DNA of 64,000 bases from Botryllus schlosseri (lineage: Eukaryota): positions 19,904,001 through 19,968,000 of the forward strand of contig CM119371.1 of assembly GCA_051294905.1 (NCBI GenBank), in the 5' to 3' direction. Position numbers and translations under genes: made by a program. Shown here piece by piece: positions 38,718 through 49,546 of this stretch (the first letter of the stretch is position 1; every line of letters begins with the position of its first letter). A model generated the notes under the pieces. The model ran no database searches. It worked only from the letters and a program-made list of their open reading frames with translations, and was not told the origin of the DNA.

Positions 38718-39175
38718 TCAAAACCAATGTGATTTTTACAACAACACAACTGCTCCCTTCAACACGCAAAGACGTGCTTCCTGCACTTCAACAAAGTAAT
38801 GTAGTGTACGAATATAGGTGCCACTGTGATTGTGGCTACGTGGGAAGAACGTCAAGACGTCTGCAGGACCGCATAAACCAACATGTCCCCAGATTTATCA
38901 GAACACGTGCGTCACGCGATGTGAAAAGCTCACCCTTAACTCATCCACTTAAGATTGATGCTGATCGATCAAAGGCAATTAATTCTGCCATCGGCAAACA
39001 TCTGTTGGATAATCCGATTTGTGCGAATAATTATCGAGACGACCGATTTCGAATCGTAGGTCGAGGCCGTTCACAATTCCATTTGTGTGCCTTGGAATCA
39101 ACTTTTATCAAAATACACCAACCAAAACTCTGTCAACAAAAGGAGTTCGTGTATCACCTAAAAATAGTACATTGA
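38718..39175 (+). pseudogene. Penelope GIY-YIG endonuclease fragment (inverted copy)
   Basis: VKTNVIFTT..VVYEYRCHCDCGYVGRT..KIVH*, a near-exact reverse complement of 37737-38194. Confidence 0.9.
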
Positions 39176-39266
39176 ACGCTCTCTCATTCGAAATTTCATG
39201 CTGGTGACGTCATATTTTGTGATACGATTGTTGATATACAATGTTCTTTCCAATTCTCTACTAGTT

Positions 39267-39310
39267 GCTGACGATTACCCCTGACGAGTGTCAGCCGAAA
39301 ATATTCGGGT
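39267..39310 (+). ncRNA. Minimal type I hammerhead ribozyme motif in the Penelope pLTR
   Basis: ACCC (39277-80), CTGACGA (39281-87), GTGTCAGCC, GAAA (39297-300), ATATTC, GGGT (39307-10). Stem I is ACCC/GGGT, stem III is palindromic AATATT, and cleavage is predicted after C39306. Confidence 0.72.
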
Positions 39311-40898
39311 TCATTTCAATATGAATATACTATTTAATTGTAAAGGTTATTATGGCAGCAACAAACTTTTCAGTACCATTGTTATTAACATATTGAGTTA
39401 TAAAACTATACGTGTCTGAAATGTTCTTGATTGGAAAATTATTCCACCTTGGTACAAATCACTCTGCGTATCGCGGATATCAGAAAATATTTTAAAAATG
39501 TAATTGTTTCCAGTTACCGAGACTAAAGATGAAACAACAATTTCGTTTGCAGGCTAGTAACCGGTGCAATACTTTATTGTCAGAATCTGTGACAGTGAAT
39601 TGAAACATACTCACCTTACACAGTACGAGTAAATCACTTTGGACTCCGGGCGGCGTCATTTAATCCGCGTTAAACTCTGTTCACACTCTCTGTCGAATGC
39701 GTGAAATGTAAAACATTACGAGGTTATACTATAAGACTTTGATCAGCAGGGAAGCAATTTTTAATATCTTTACTCGATGGACGCTATTCAACCGACCTTG
39801 GTTAATACAAAACTCATATCAATAATAGAATCGAAGTATGTGCTACACTGAAATCTACAAAAATGTGTTTGTATTGCTGTTCGTAGTAGTGATATCGATT
39901 TGAATCTTCTAAAGTAATTGTGATCATAGAACCAAACTACTGAAAGTCATTACCACCACGAAAACAATTTTTATGATATTCGCCAAACGCATCCTAACTC
40001 AGTATGCAGAAATTATTTGAAGAGTGCATACCCGCAAAGAAATCAGGAACACGACCAACACCGAAAATGATAAATGCGTTTCGTGTTACTATTGATACAA
40101 GCTCATTTCTATCGAGCGAAATAAATGCCATCACAAAACTCCGAGCAAGTAAAGGTCTTGATTGATATGAATTTCGATTTGTGTCTTATGATACCAGCAA
40201 GCATTTTAGAAATATTATGATACGTTAAACCAAAGTCGTATGTCCGATTATTAATTGATTGAAAACTTGTTCACGTACCTCGACCATTACAGGAGAGTAT
40301 AACACCATTGTCCGACAATCTTTTACAAAAGGATCGAAACCAAGTGACCCAAAGTCGCTGCCGTCACATAAACAATTTGTACGACGTTTGATAAATGTAC
40401 CCTATACTTGGGTGTACTAGAAGTATTTGTAAAACACACTCTGGTAAAGAAATCGACGAAAAGATAATCTACACCTAAATCTGATAAAACCATTTTGCAC
40501 TTTTTGTTCGTTAGTATAGTATCCATTTGAATTTTTTCATTTCCTCTCGTCAAAGTAAATGTAATCATAGTCGCTAAAGAACTTACTTGGACGTGCTTGA
40601 ATTCTAGACATAGTTCTGATTTACCTGACACAAGACCCAAGAACAACTCTAGTTTCAACCGAGCACACATAGCCAAAATATCACACACTTCGCTATTCCT
40701 AAAGCGCAAACAACCGATACAAAATATTACGTGTTGTGTTGTTGCGGTATCATCTTCACAATATCACACACAATATAAATGATGGTTATGTGTAACAGGC
40801 TGTCGACTTGAATCACACCAACCTGGAAGATGATTTAGTCACTCTTTACATAACGGATATCATCATCACGTCATTGGTGTGTATCGGTTCTTCTAGAT

Positions 40899-42108
40899 CA
40901 GGGGTTCTCAGCCATTTCTTGGCCGTGGCCCATTTTCCGGTTGAAAAATGTGCTGTGGCCCATCTGATATCTTGGAGTCATAATCCTGTTTAATTCGGGG
41001 TCATGGACAGCGCCGATATGACTATTTCTCTAAAATATGCGCATTTTCGTCTAACTGATGATATTTAAATCTCGATATCCCGGGATATGATATCGCGCCA
41101 TGCGCGAAAAAAATTTCAAGTTGCATAAATATCCTTCAACAAACGACCAACGGAATAATCTTGGGTCCCTTCAAGCTCCCCCAATTGGGTATGTGGGTAC
41201 GGCAGTTACAGCCCTGGTAGATCATAAGCTAAAACTCCTAAGTGGAATATTTTCGTCTGCTGCTCCATTTGCGTCGCGAAACACAGTGATCAGATCCCCT
41301 CACTGTGTAATTGGGACTTTAGTGATGCTATTGTGGGGAATATTATAATCATTCTGGGCCGGCATCGAACAATTCATTGGTGAATGGGGTACTACAGAAA
41401 GTGGAGAAAGATTTGTCAAATGCATGATGTACTTTGTATGTCTTGTACCAAAAGAACTGAAGTTGCGATGTCAGAATATTCAATCCAATGATACAATCAA
41501 TTCCCGTGACTATTTCAGTATGTACAATGACTTCCAGGCCGGACATTTTAAACCGACTTCAACGATTAATGCGCTCCGATAAATCCTCAATCCATTAAGA
41601 TTCGTTGTTGCAGTGGTGCAGTATACCTCCGCCAGAAGTTGCTAATAATTTGCAATTATGGCTATGTTTAGCTTGCAATATTACGGCCTGCCGAAGTACG
41701 GTAAATCTGTACATCAATTGTACTTCATTGCGAGTTCATTGCATACCCTTTTCAACGGCATACGACATATGACTCTGCCGGAATACTTGGTTACTTTAAC
41801 ATTCTCTTCCAGCTATTATACGCTTGAAATTATTTTAGTTGCTGTTAGCCGTAGGTTGTCATAGGGAGAACTAACGTTTTCGATTTGTACATGCTGACTT
41901 CATGCGTGCCACTACGTCTAATCAGAGTCGGATGAAAAGCTTTGTAGCCTACGTATAATTAGATCATACGAATATATTTTTAGCGAATAACATAGGAAAT
42001 ATAACTAAACTTACATTAATTCTGAAATTTTCTGAATGGCTCTGTGGCCCACCTCAAAATGCTCTGTGGCCCACCAGTGGGTCATGGCCCACCCTTTGAG
42101 AACCCCTG
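40899..42108 (+). mobile_element. hAT/Charlie-type MITE inserted in the left arm
   Basis: CAGGGGTTCTCA...TGAGAACCCCTG termini, perfect TSD TTCTAGAT (NTCTAGAN, Charlie-type), and an empty site in the right arm at ~47936-47943. Confidence 0.93.
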
Positions 42109-43414
42109 TTCTAGATACAAACTATATGCTAGTGTAGCGGAAAATAATTTAGTGTAACAAAAACAATTTTCGCTCTCTTGACTTATGAAAACAACAGACG
42201 AGTATTCCTTCAATATTTTGTTTGTGTCAACTAGTTGCTTTGTATGATACGACCGATATCCCCGCGACTTTTTCAGATCACAATATAAAAGATATTTACA
42301 TCACACAAAATACTCCACTCGATATTCCCATATTATACTAAACGGCGGAATAATTGGTCAGACTCTACAAAACGTTTTGATATCGTTTTCACACGAATGG
42401 TCACGTATCTAAATATTCAAATAATCCAAAACACAACTATAGTACATACAGAAATATCATATAGTTGTTGTAACAAAGTTGTATGAATAAACTATTGAAT
42501 TGCATACTGAAGTTTTGTACCTTCAAGTCGCTCTTCAAAGTTGTATGTGTACAATGTTTATCGTGAGTCCTACACATTCACGATATCCGCCCGAGTTTGA
42601 CTTTTAGAAAATATTATGTCGATATACTGACGTCTTTCACAAACCAAACCGTAGTCACTGCTTGAGAGACCTCTCAATGTCATGACAGTAATCTATTTAC
42701 TTCCACCAAAGAGTATGTATTCGACTTACGTTCCACAAATCTAACGCACAAAACAATTTACTTTACTAACGAGAAGCGCCGAGCCTCACATCAAAACAAC
42801 TAGAAGGCGGAACTATATTAAAAAACGTTGCTAACCTTTGTGCACCAGCTGTAAATCACACAAACAACAAGTTTCAAGAATCGAGTTATTGATAAACGTG
42901 AAAGTCGTTATGCTGATGGAAGTGTATATTGTAATCTCATGATCATTTGTATTCGTTGGTTACAAACTGTCACTACTCTATTTAATTACTTTTCGTTCGT
43001 CATCAATCGTTTTCATCAATCCCAGGGTTCAAAAAACAGGGTTCCAGAAACTACGACACGAATTCTGATTTTCTGATTTGTAAATAGGTAATCCTTATTT
43101 TTAGTAACACTTTATCAATGTCATCGCGTTGTGCGAAAAGATTTACATGTGGTCTTGTGGTTTTATTCGAAGCATACAGCGTGGTCGAATGTAGAGTCTT
43201 CTCTATTGTACAGCAACTCGGTAATCGAAATATACGCATTCACATTTGAACAAAGATCTTGTTTCGTCACGTGAAAAAATATCTTCACTGTCGCGATACT
43301 CCGATACTCTACACAAGATGTGTAATCCTTTTCACACTCATATTAGTACACTAACGGGATACCGACGTCTAGCGACAACGTTTAACAACATCACTGACAC
43401 TGAACATACGACAC

Positions 43415-45245
43415 TTACCCGAGTAAAAATATCATTTTCATTTGGATAACTGTCGTTTACCTGTGGAAAATTACCATTTTTGTTTGGAGTGCTACCGTTT
43501 CCCGAGTAGAAATACCATTTTCCTTTGGAGATCTATCGTTTACCCAGAGTACACAATACATTTTCACTTGGGAGCTATCCTTTCCAAGAGTAACAAACCC
43601 TTTTCGTTTGCAAATCTATTTTTTTTCCTACTGCAACAAAACATTTTCACTTGAAAAAATACTTTTACCTAGAGTAACTAATCATTTTCTTTTGGAAATA
43701 TATTTTTTTCCTGAGTACCAATACCGTTTTCATTTGGGGAGCTATCGTTTACCCCAGGTAACAATAAATTTTCACCTGGAGATTCAGCGTTTACCTGAGC
43801 AAAAATATCATTTTCCTTTGGAGATCTATCGTTTACCTAGAGCAGGGGTGGGCAAACTACGGCCCGCGGGCCGCATGCGGCCCGCAACACCGTTCTGTGC
43901 GGCCCGCGAGAGTCTAAAGAAACTTTTTAAAAATATTGATAAAATATATACTAAATATCGAATTAATGTAGGGACTTGATTAAACTTTTTCTTAGTATAT
44001 TTCACCATTATAATTTTACAACAATGGTTACCAAACTGGGGTGCACCCCCTCCTTGGGGGTGTGAAGGCATCTAAAGGGAGCACGAAGCTGAGCTCAATT
44101 GAAAAAATTTTCGCGCTCCGCGCGATTGTAATCCAATTCATAATCATTGCTCTGTATTAAGTATGAATTTCATAGTTAAAAGTCTCTCATCCACAGTCGT
44201 AACCTTCCATGCCATCGAACTATCCGTTAGGTTTGCGTTTCACCATCTTAAAGGGGGGGGGGGGGGTTAACAAGTTTGAGAACCACTGTTCTAAGGTAAA
44301 TACTTCCTATTATAACTTTTATGTTTAATTTCTTGCGCGACAGCTCGATCTCAAGGCCCACACAGTTTGAGAGGTTTCAACTACTAAACATCACAGAAAT
44401 CCTAAACGAGATTGACATAACCCGGATCACGAGTAGGATTTCAGATTGGCCACTACAGTTTTAATTAACTAAGTGATGTGCTTATAAAAAACGATTTGCG
44501 CGTGTCTTAGGTAGATTCGCTCTCGGTATGCGTAGAATTGGGGTATCTATATTTTATCTACACATAGTAGAAGTGTGTTTGAAGCTAACATGGTTATGAT
44601 GCTGTCAGCATTGTGTGTCCTGGAACTGAGCCAAAAGTGGAATTAGTAAATCTATGAACAGATCGCTGCTCACAGACTTAAATTTCAATCCGGTTCTAAC
44701 CGATTTTCATCTCTATAGTCTTGACAAATTGGTTATTGAGGTCAACCAGCCGATAAAATCTCGCCACTATATGTTCTGACGCGAGTACGATATCATCAAA
44801 GCAATGTTTCGTTTGTTTTAAATAACCACATATATTATCTCCATGTCCTCACTACATTATCAAATACCAATATTGCGTTTTGGTTTATAATCCCAATTTT
44901 ATATAGTGCGGCCCGCGAATGGATTTAGATGTTGAATGCGGCCCGCGAGCTCAAAAGTTTGCCCACCCCTGACCTAGAGTAACACTTGGCGATCTATCTT
45001 TTCCTAGAGTAACAAAACCATTTTCGTTTGGAAATAAATTTTTTACCTGGGTAACAAACCCTTTTCACTTGGAAATGTATTTTTTCCTAGGGTAACAAAA
45101 CCATTTTCGTTTGGAAATATATTTTTTCGCTAAGTAACAAACCCTTTTCGTTTAGAAATATATTTTTTCTCTGAGCAACGATACCGTTTCACTTGGAAAT
45201 CTATTTTTTCCCTGAGTAACAATACCATTTTCGCTTAGAAATCTA
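43415..45245 (+). repeat. ~42 bp minisatellite (left arm), interrupted by a MITE
   Basis: Diverged units such as GAGTAACAATACCATTTTCATTTGGAGATCTATCGTTTACCT; roughly 16-17 units excluding 43843-44979. Confidence 0.85.
43843..44971 (+). mobile_element. hAT/Charlie-type MITE inserted in the left-arm minisatellite
   Basis: CAGGGGTGGGCAAACT...AGTTTGCCCACCCCTG termini, perfect TSD ACCTAGAG and GCGGCCCGC subterminal motifs. It contains an older small MITE (~44022-44288) and is absent from the right arm. Confidence 0.93.
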
Positions 45246-45944
45246 ACAACCAATCCCGATAATTTGATATTTTTGCAAATTGTTTACAGTCGATAGTGGC
45301 AAAATATACACCAACAACGACCCCGATACATTTCTGTAATCACATATTCACTTGTTATGGTGCATCCCATCAAATTCGGCGGTTAGCCACACACACACAA
45401 TAACAATGCGCTATTTCGATATGACTGCGATGTCCGAGTTCGTGCTTTAGATTTTCCAGAATCATTCCGTCTAAAGTTGTAATCCCCTCGACTTTGTTAA
45501 CTGGTTGATACACGGATAACAATCTTCGGAAGATGTAGGAACGCATGCTACCCATCGTGCTAACGATTCCAGGTTACTTGTGATTAATTTCTTTGCTTAC
45601 ACTATACAGATTATAGGTATAGGGATATGTAGAGGTAATCGGTTTGGTCAATGCATATCACCCCATTCAGTATTGAATTACAGACCCAATACAGGTCAGT
45701 TCATAACCGGATCCGAATATTCAACGCAAAGCGATAAAGCAGAACCAACAACCAAATGTAATTAAACATGTAGATTCACAATCCTTGATTTTTTTTTGTG
45801 AAAAATGACAATATATATCGAATATACTTTACGATTGTTCAACCCTACCAAGTATTCGCGTAAATGTGGTTTATGTTGGTGTATATTTTGCCACTATCCA
45901 CTGTAAACAATATACAAAAATATCAAATTGTCAGGATTGGTTGT

Positions 45945-46635
45945 TAGATTTCTAAGCGAAAATGGTATTGTTACTCGGGGAAAAAATAGATTTCCAAGTG
46001 AAACGGTATCGTTGCTCAGAGAAAAATATATTTCTAAACGAAAAGGGTTAGTTACTTAGCGAAAAAATATATTTCCAAACGAAAATGGTTTTGTTACCCT
46101 AGGAAAAAATACATTTCCAAGTGAAAAGGGTTTGTTACCCAGGTAAAAAATTTATTTCCAAACGAAAATGGTTTTGTTACTCTAGGAAAAGATAGATCGC
46201 CAAATGTTACTCAGGGTAAACGATAGATCTCCAAGGGAAAATGATATTTTTACTCAGGTAAACGCTGAATCTCCAGATGAAAATGAATTGTTACCTGGGG
46301 TAAACGATAGCTCCCCAAATGAAAACGGTATTGTACTCAGGAAAAAAATATATTTCCAAAAGAAAATGATTAGTTACTCTAGGTAAAAGTATTTTTTTCA
46401 AGTGAAAATGGTTTGTTGCAGTAGGAAAAAAAATAGATTTGCAAACGAAAAGGGTTTGTTACTCTTGGAAAGGATAGCTCCCAAGTGAAAATGTATTGTG
46501 TACTCTGGGTAAACGATAGATCTCCAAAGGAAAATGGTATTTCTACTCGGGAAACGGTAGCACTCCAAACAAAATGGTAATTTTCCACAGGTAAACGTCA
46601 GTTATCCAAATGAAAATGATATTTTTACTCGGGTA
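45945..46635 (-). repeat. ~42 bp minisatellite (right arm, uninterrupted)
   Basis: Reverse complement of 43415-43842 joined to 44980-45245. Confidence 0.85.
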
Positions 46636-47084
46636 AGTGTCGTATGTTCAGTGTCAGTGATGTTGTTAAACGTTGCCGCTAGACGTCGGTATCCCGTTAG
46701 TGTACTAATATGAGTGTGAAAAGGATTTACACATCTTGTGTAGAGTATCAGAGTATCGCGACATTGAAGATATTTTTTCACGTGACGAAACAAGATCTTT
46801 GTTCAAATGTGAATGCGTATATTTCGATTACCGAGTAGCTGTACAATAGAGAAGACTCTACATTCGACCACGCTGTATGCTTCGAATAAAACCACAAGAC
46901 CACATGTAAATCTTTTCGCACAACTCGATGACATTGATAAAGTGTTACTAAAAATAAGGATTACCTATTTACAAATCAGAAAATCGGAATTCGTGTCGTA
47001 GTTTCTGGAACCCTGTTTTTTGAACCCTGGGATTGATGAAAACGATTGATGACGAACGAAAAGTAATTAAATAGAGTAGTGACA

Positions 47085-48020
47085 GTTTGTAACCAACGAA
47101 TACAAATGATCATGAGATTACAATATACACTTCCATCAGCATAACGACTTTCACGTTTATCAATAACTCGATTCTTGAAACTTGTTGTTTGTGTGATTTA
47201 CAGCTGGTGCACAAAGGTTAGCAACGTTTTTTAATATAGTTCCGCCTTCTAGTTGTTTTGATGTGAGGCTCGGAGCTTCTCGTTAGTAAAGTAAATTGTT
47301 TTGTGCGTTAGATTTGTGGAACGTAAGTCGAATACATACTCTTTGGTGGAAGTAACTAGATTACTGTCATGACATTGATAGGTCTCTCAAGCAGTGACTA
47401 CGGTTTGGTTTGTGAAAGACGTCAGTATGTCGACATAATATTTTCTAAAAGTCAAACTCGGGCGGATATCGTGAATGTGTAGGACTCACGATAGACATTG
47501 TACACATACAACTTTGAAGAGCGACTTTAAGGTACAAAATTTCAGTATGCAATTCAATAGTTTATTCATACAACTTTGTTACAACAACTATATGATATTT
47601 CTGTAAGTACTATAGTTGTGTTTTGGATTATTTGAATATTTAGATACGTGACCATTCGTGTGAAAACGATGTCAAAACGTTTTGTAGAGTCTGACCAATT
47701 ATTCCGCCGTTTAGTAAAATATGGGAATATCGAGTGGAGTATTTTGTGTGATGTAAATATCTTTCATAATGTGATCTGAAAAAGTCGCGGGGATATCGGT
47801 CGTATCATACAAAGCAACTAGTTGACACAAACAAAATATTGAAGGAATACTCGTCTGTTGTTTTCATAAGTCAAGAGAGTGAAAATTGTTTTTGTTACAC
47901 TAAATTATTTTCCGCTACACTAGCATATAGTTTGTATCTAGAAGAACCGATACACACCAATGACGTGACGTTGATCAATATCCGTTATGTAAAGAATGAC
48001 TAAATCATCTTCCAGGTTGG
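47085..48020 (-). pseudogene. Highly decayed Maverick retroviral-like integrase with chromodomain-like end (left-arm copy ~40820-42975, split by a MITE)
   Basis: LVTLY..SSRYKLYASV..*LMKTTDEYS resembles the Maverick INT N-terminus (YYDP..KLY..WL..QD.YTLH). FKNRVIDKR..WK..SLV resembles a chromodomain. No intact DDE core is visible. Confidence 0.35.
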
Positions 48021-48949
48021 TGTGATTCAAGTCGACAGCCTGTTACACATAACCATCATTTATATTGTGTGTGATATTGTGAAGATGATACCGCAACAAC
48101 ACAACACGTAATATTTTGTATCGGTTGTTTGCGCTTTAGGAATAGCGAAGTGTGTGATATTTTGGCTATGTGTTCTCGGTTGAAACTAGAGTTGTTCTTG
48201 GGTCTTGTGTCGGGTAATTCAGAACTATGTCTAGAATTCAAGCACGTCCAAGTAAGTTCTTTAGCGACTATGATTACATTTACTTTGACGAGAGGAAATG
48301 GAAAAAATCAAATGGATACTATACTAACGAACAAAAAGTGCAAAATGGTTTTATCAGATTTAGGTGTAGATTATCTTTTCGTCGATTTCTTTACCAGAGT
48401 GTGTTTTACAAATATTTCTAGTACACCCAAGTATAGGGTACATTTATCAAACGTCGTACAAATTGTTTATGTGACGGAACCGACTTTGGGTCACTTGGTT
48501 TCTATCCTTTTGTAAAAGATTGTCGGACAATGGTGTTATACTCTTCTGTAATGGTCGAGGTACGTGAACAAGTTTCCAATGAATTAATAATCGGACATAC
48601 GACTTATGTTTAACGAATCATAATATTTCTAGAATGCTTGCTGGTATCATAAGACATAAATCGAAATTCATATCAATCAAGACCTTTACATGCTCGGAGT
48701 TTTGTGATGGCATTTATTTCGCTCGATAGAAATGAGCTTGTATCAATAGTAACACGAAACGCATTTATCATTTTCGGTGTTGGTCGTGTTCCTGATTTCT
48801 TTGCGGGTATGCACTCTACAAATAATTTCTGCATACTGAGTTAGGATGCGTTTGGCGAATATCATAAAAATTGTTTTCTTGGTGGTAATGACTTTCAGTA
48901 GTTTGGTTCTATGATCACAATTACTTTAGAAGATTCAAATCGATATCAC

Positions 48950-49546
48950 TACTACGAACAGCAATACAAACACATTTTTGTAGATTTCAGTGTAGCACAT
49001 ACTTCGATTCTATTATTGATATGAGTTTTGTATTAACCAAGGTCGGTTGAATAGCGTCCATCCAGTAAAGATATTAAAAATTGCTTCCCTGCTGATCAAA
49101 GTCTTATAGTGTAACCTCGTAATGTTTTACATTTCACGCATTCGACAGAGAGTGTGAACAGAGTTTACCACGGATTAAATGACGCCGCCCGGAGTCAAAA
49201 GTGATTTACTCGTACTGTGTAAGGTGAGTATGTTTCAATTCACTGTCACAGATTCTGACAATAAAGTATTGCACCGGTTACTAGCCTGCAAACGAAATTG
49301 TTGTTTCATCTTTAGTCTCGGTAACTGGAAACAATTACATTTGTAAAATATTTTCTGATATCCGCGATACGCAGAGTGATTTATACCAAGGTGGAATAAT
49401 TTTCCAATCAAGAACATTTCAGACACGTATAGTTTTATAACTCAATATGTTAATAACAATGGTACTGAAAAGTTTGTTGCTGTCATAATAACCTTTACCA
49501 CAACATCGGGTCTAATTACCGTGAATAATTTAATAATCAAGTCTTG
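48950..49546 (-). pseudogene. Highly decayed Maverick packaging ATPase (left-arm copy split by Penelope)
   Basis: DLIIKLFTVIRP/CGK resembles the start and Walker A motif (DLRxKHPFT..GPxGCGKT). AYRGYQKIF resembles the downstream YGxxQxxF motif. It follows the pPolB-like remnant directly. Confidence 0.4.

Larger units (their letters stand above)
37538..39339. mobile_element. Penelope-like insertion with inverted (head-to-head) structure
   Basis: A minus-strand copy at 37538-~38655 is joined to a plus-strand copy at ~38656-39339. GTAAAGGTTATTA is duplicated at 37525-37537 and 39340-39352, and the right arm has the empty site (~49486-49498). Confidence 0.93.

Noticed and set aside
38428..38799. 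123 aa plus-strand ORF
   Set aside because: It is the antisense shadow of the Penelope ORF across the inversion junction.
40323..40709. 128 aa ORF (and mirror 48129-48515) as a real gene
   Set aside because: It has a TTG start and no recognisable domain, it is antisense to the putative Maverick remnants, and it appears twice only because of the inverted duplication.
43415..46635. CRISPR-like array
   Set aside because: Units are contiguous diverged tandem repeats without unique spacers, in a eukaryotic context with no cas genes.
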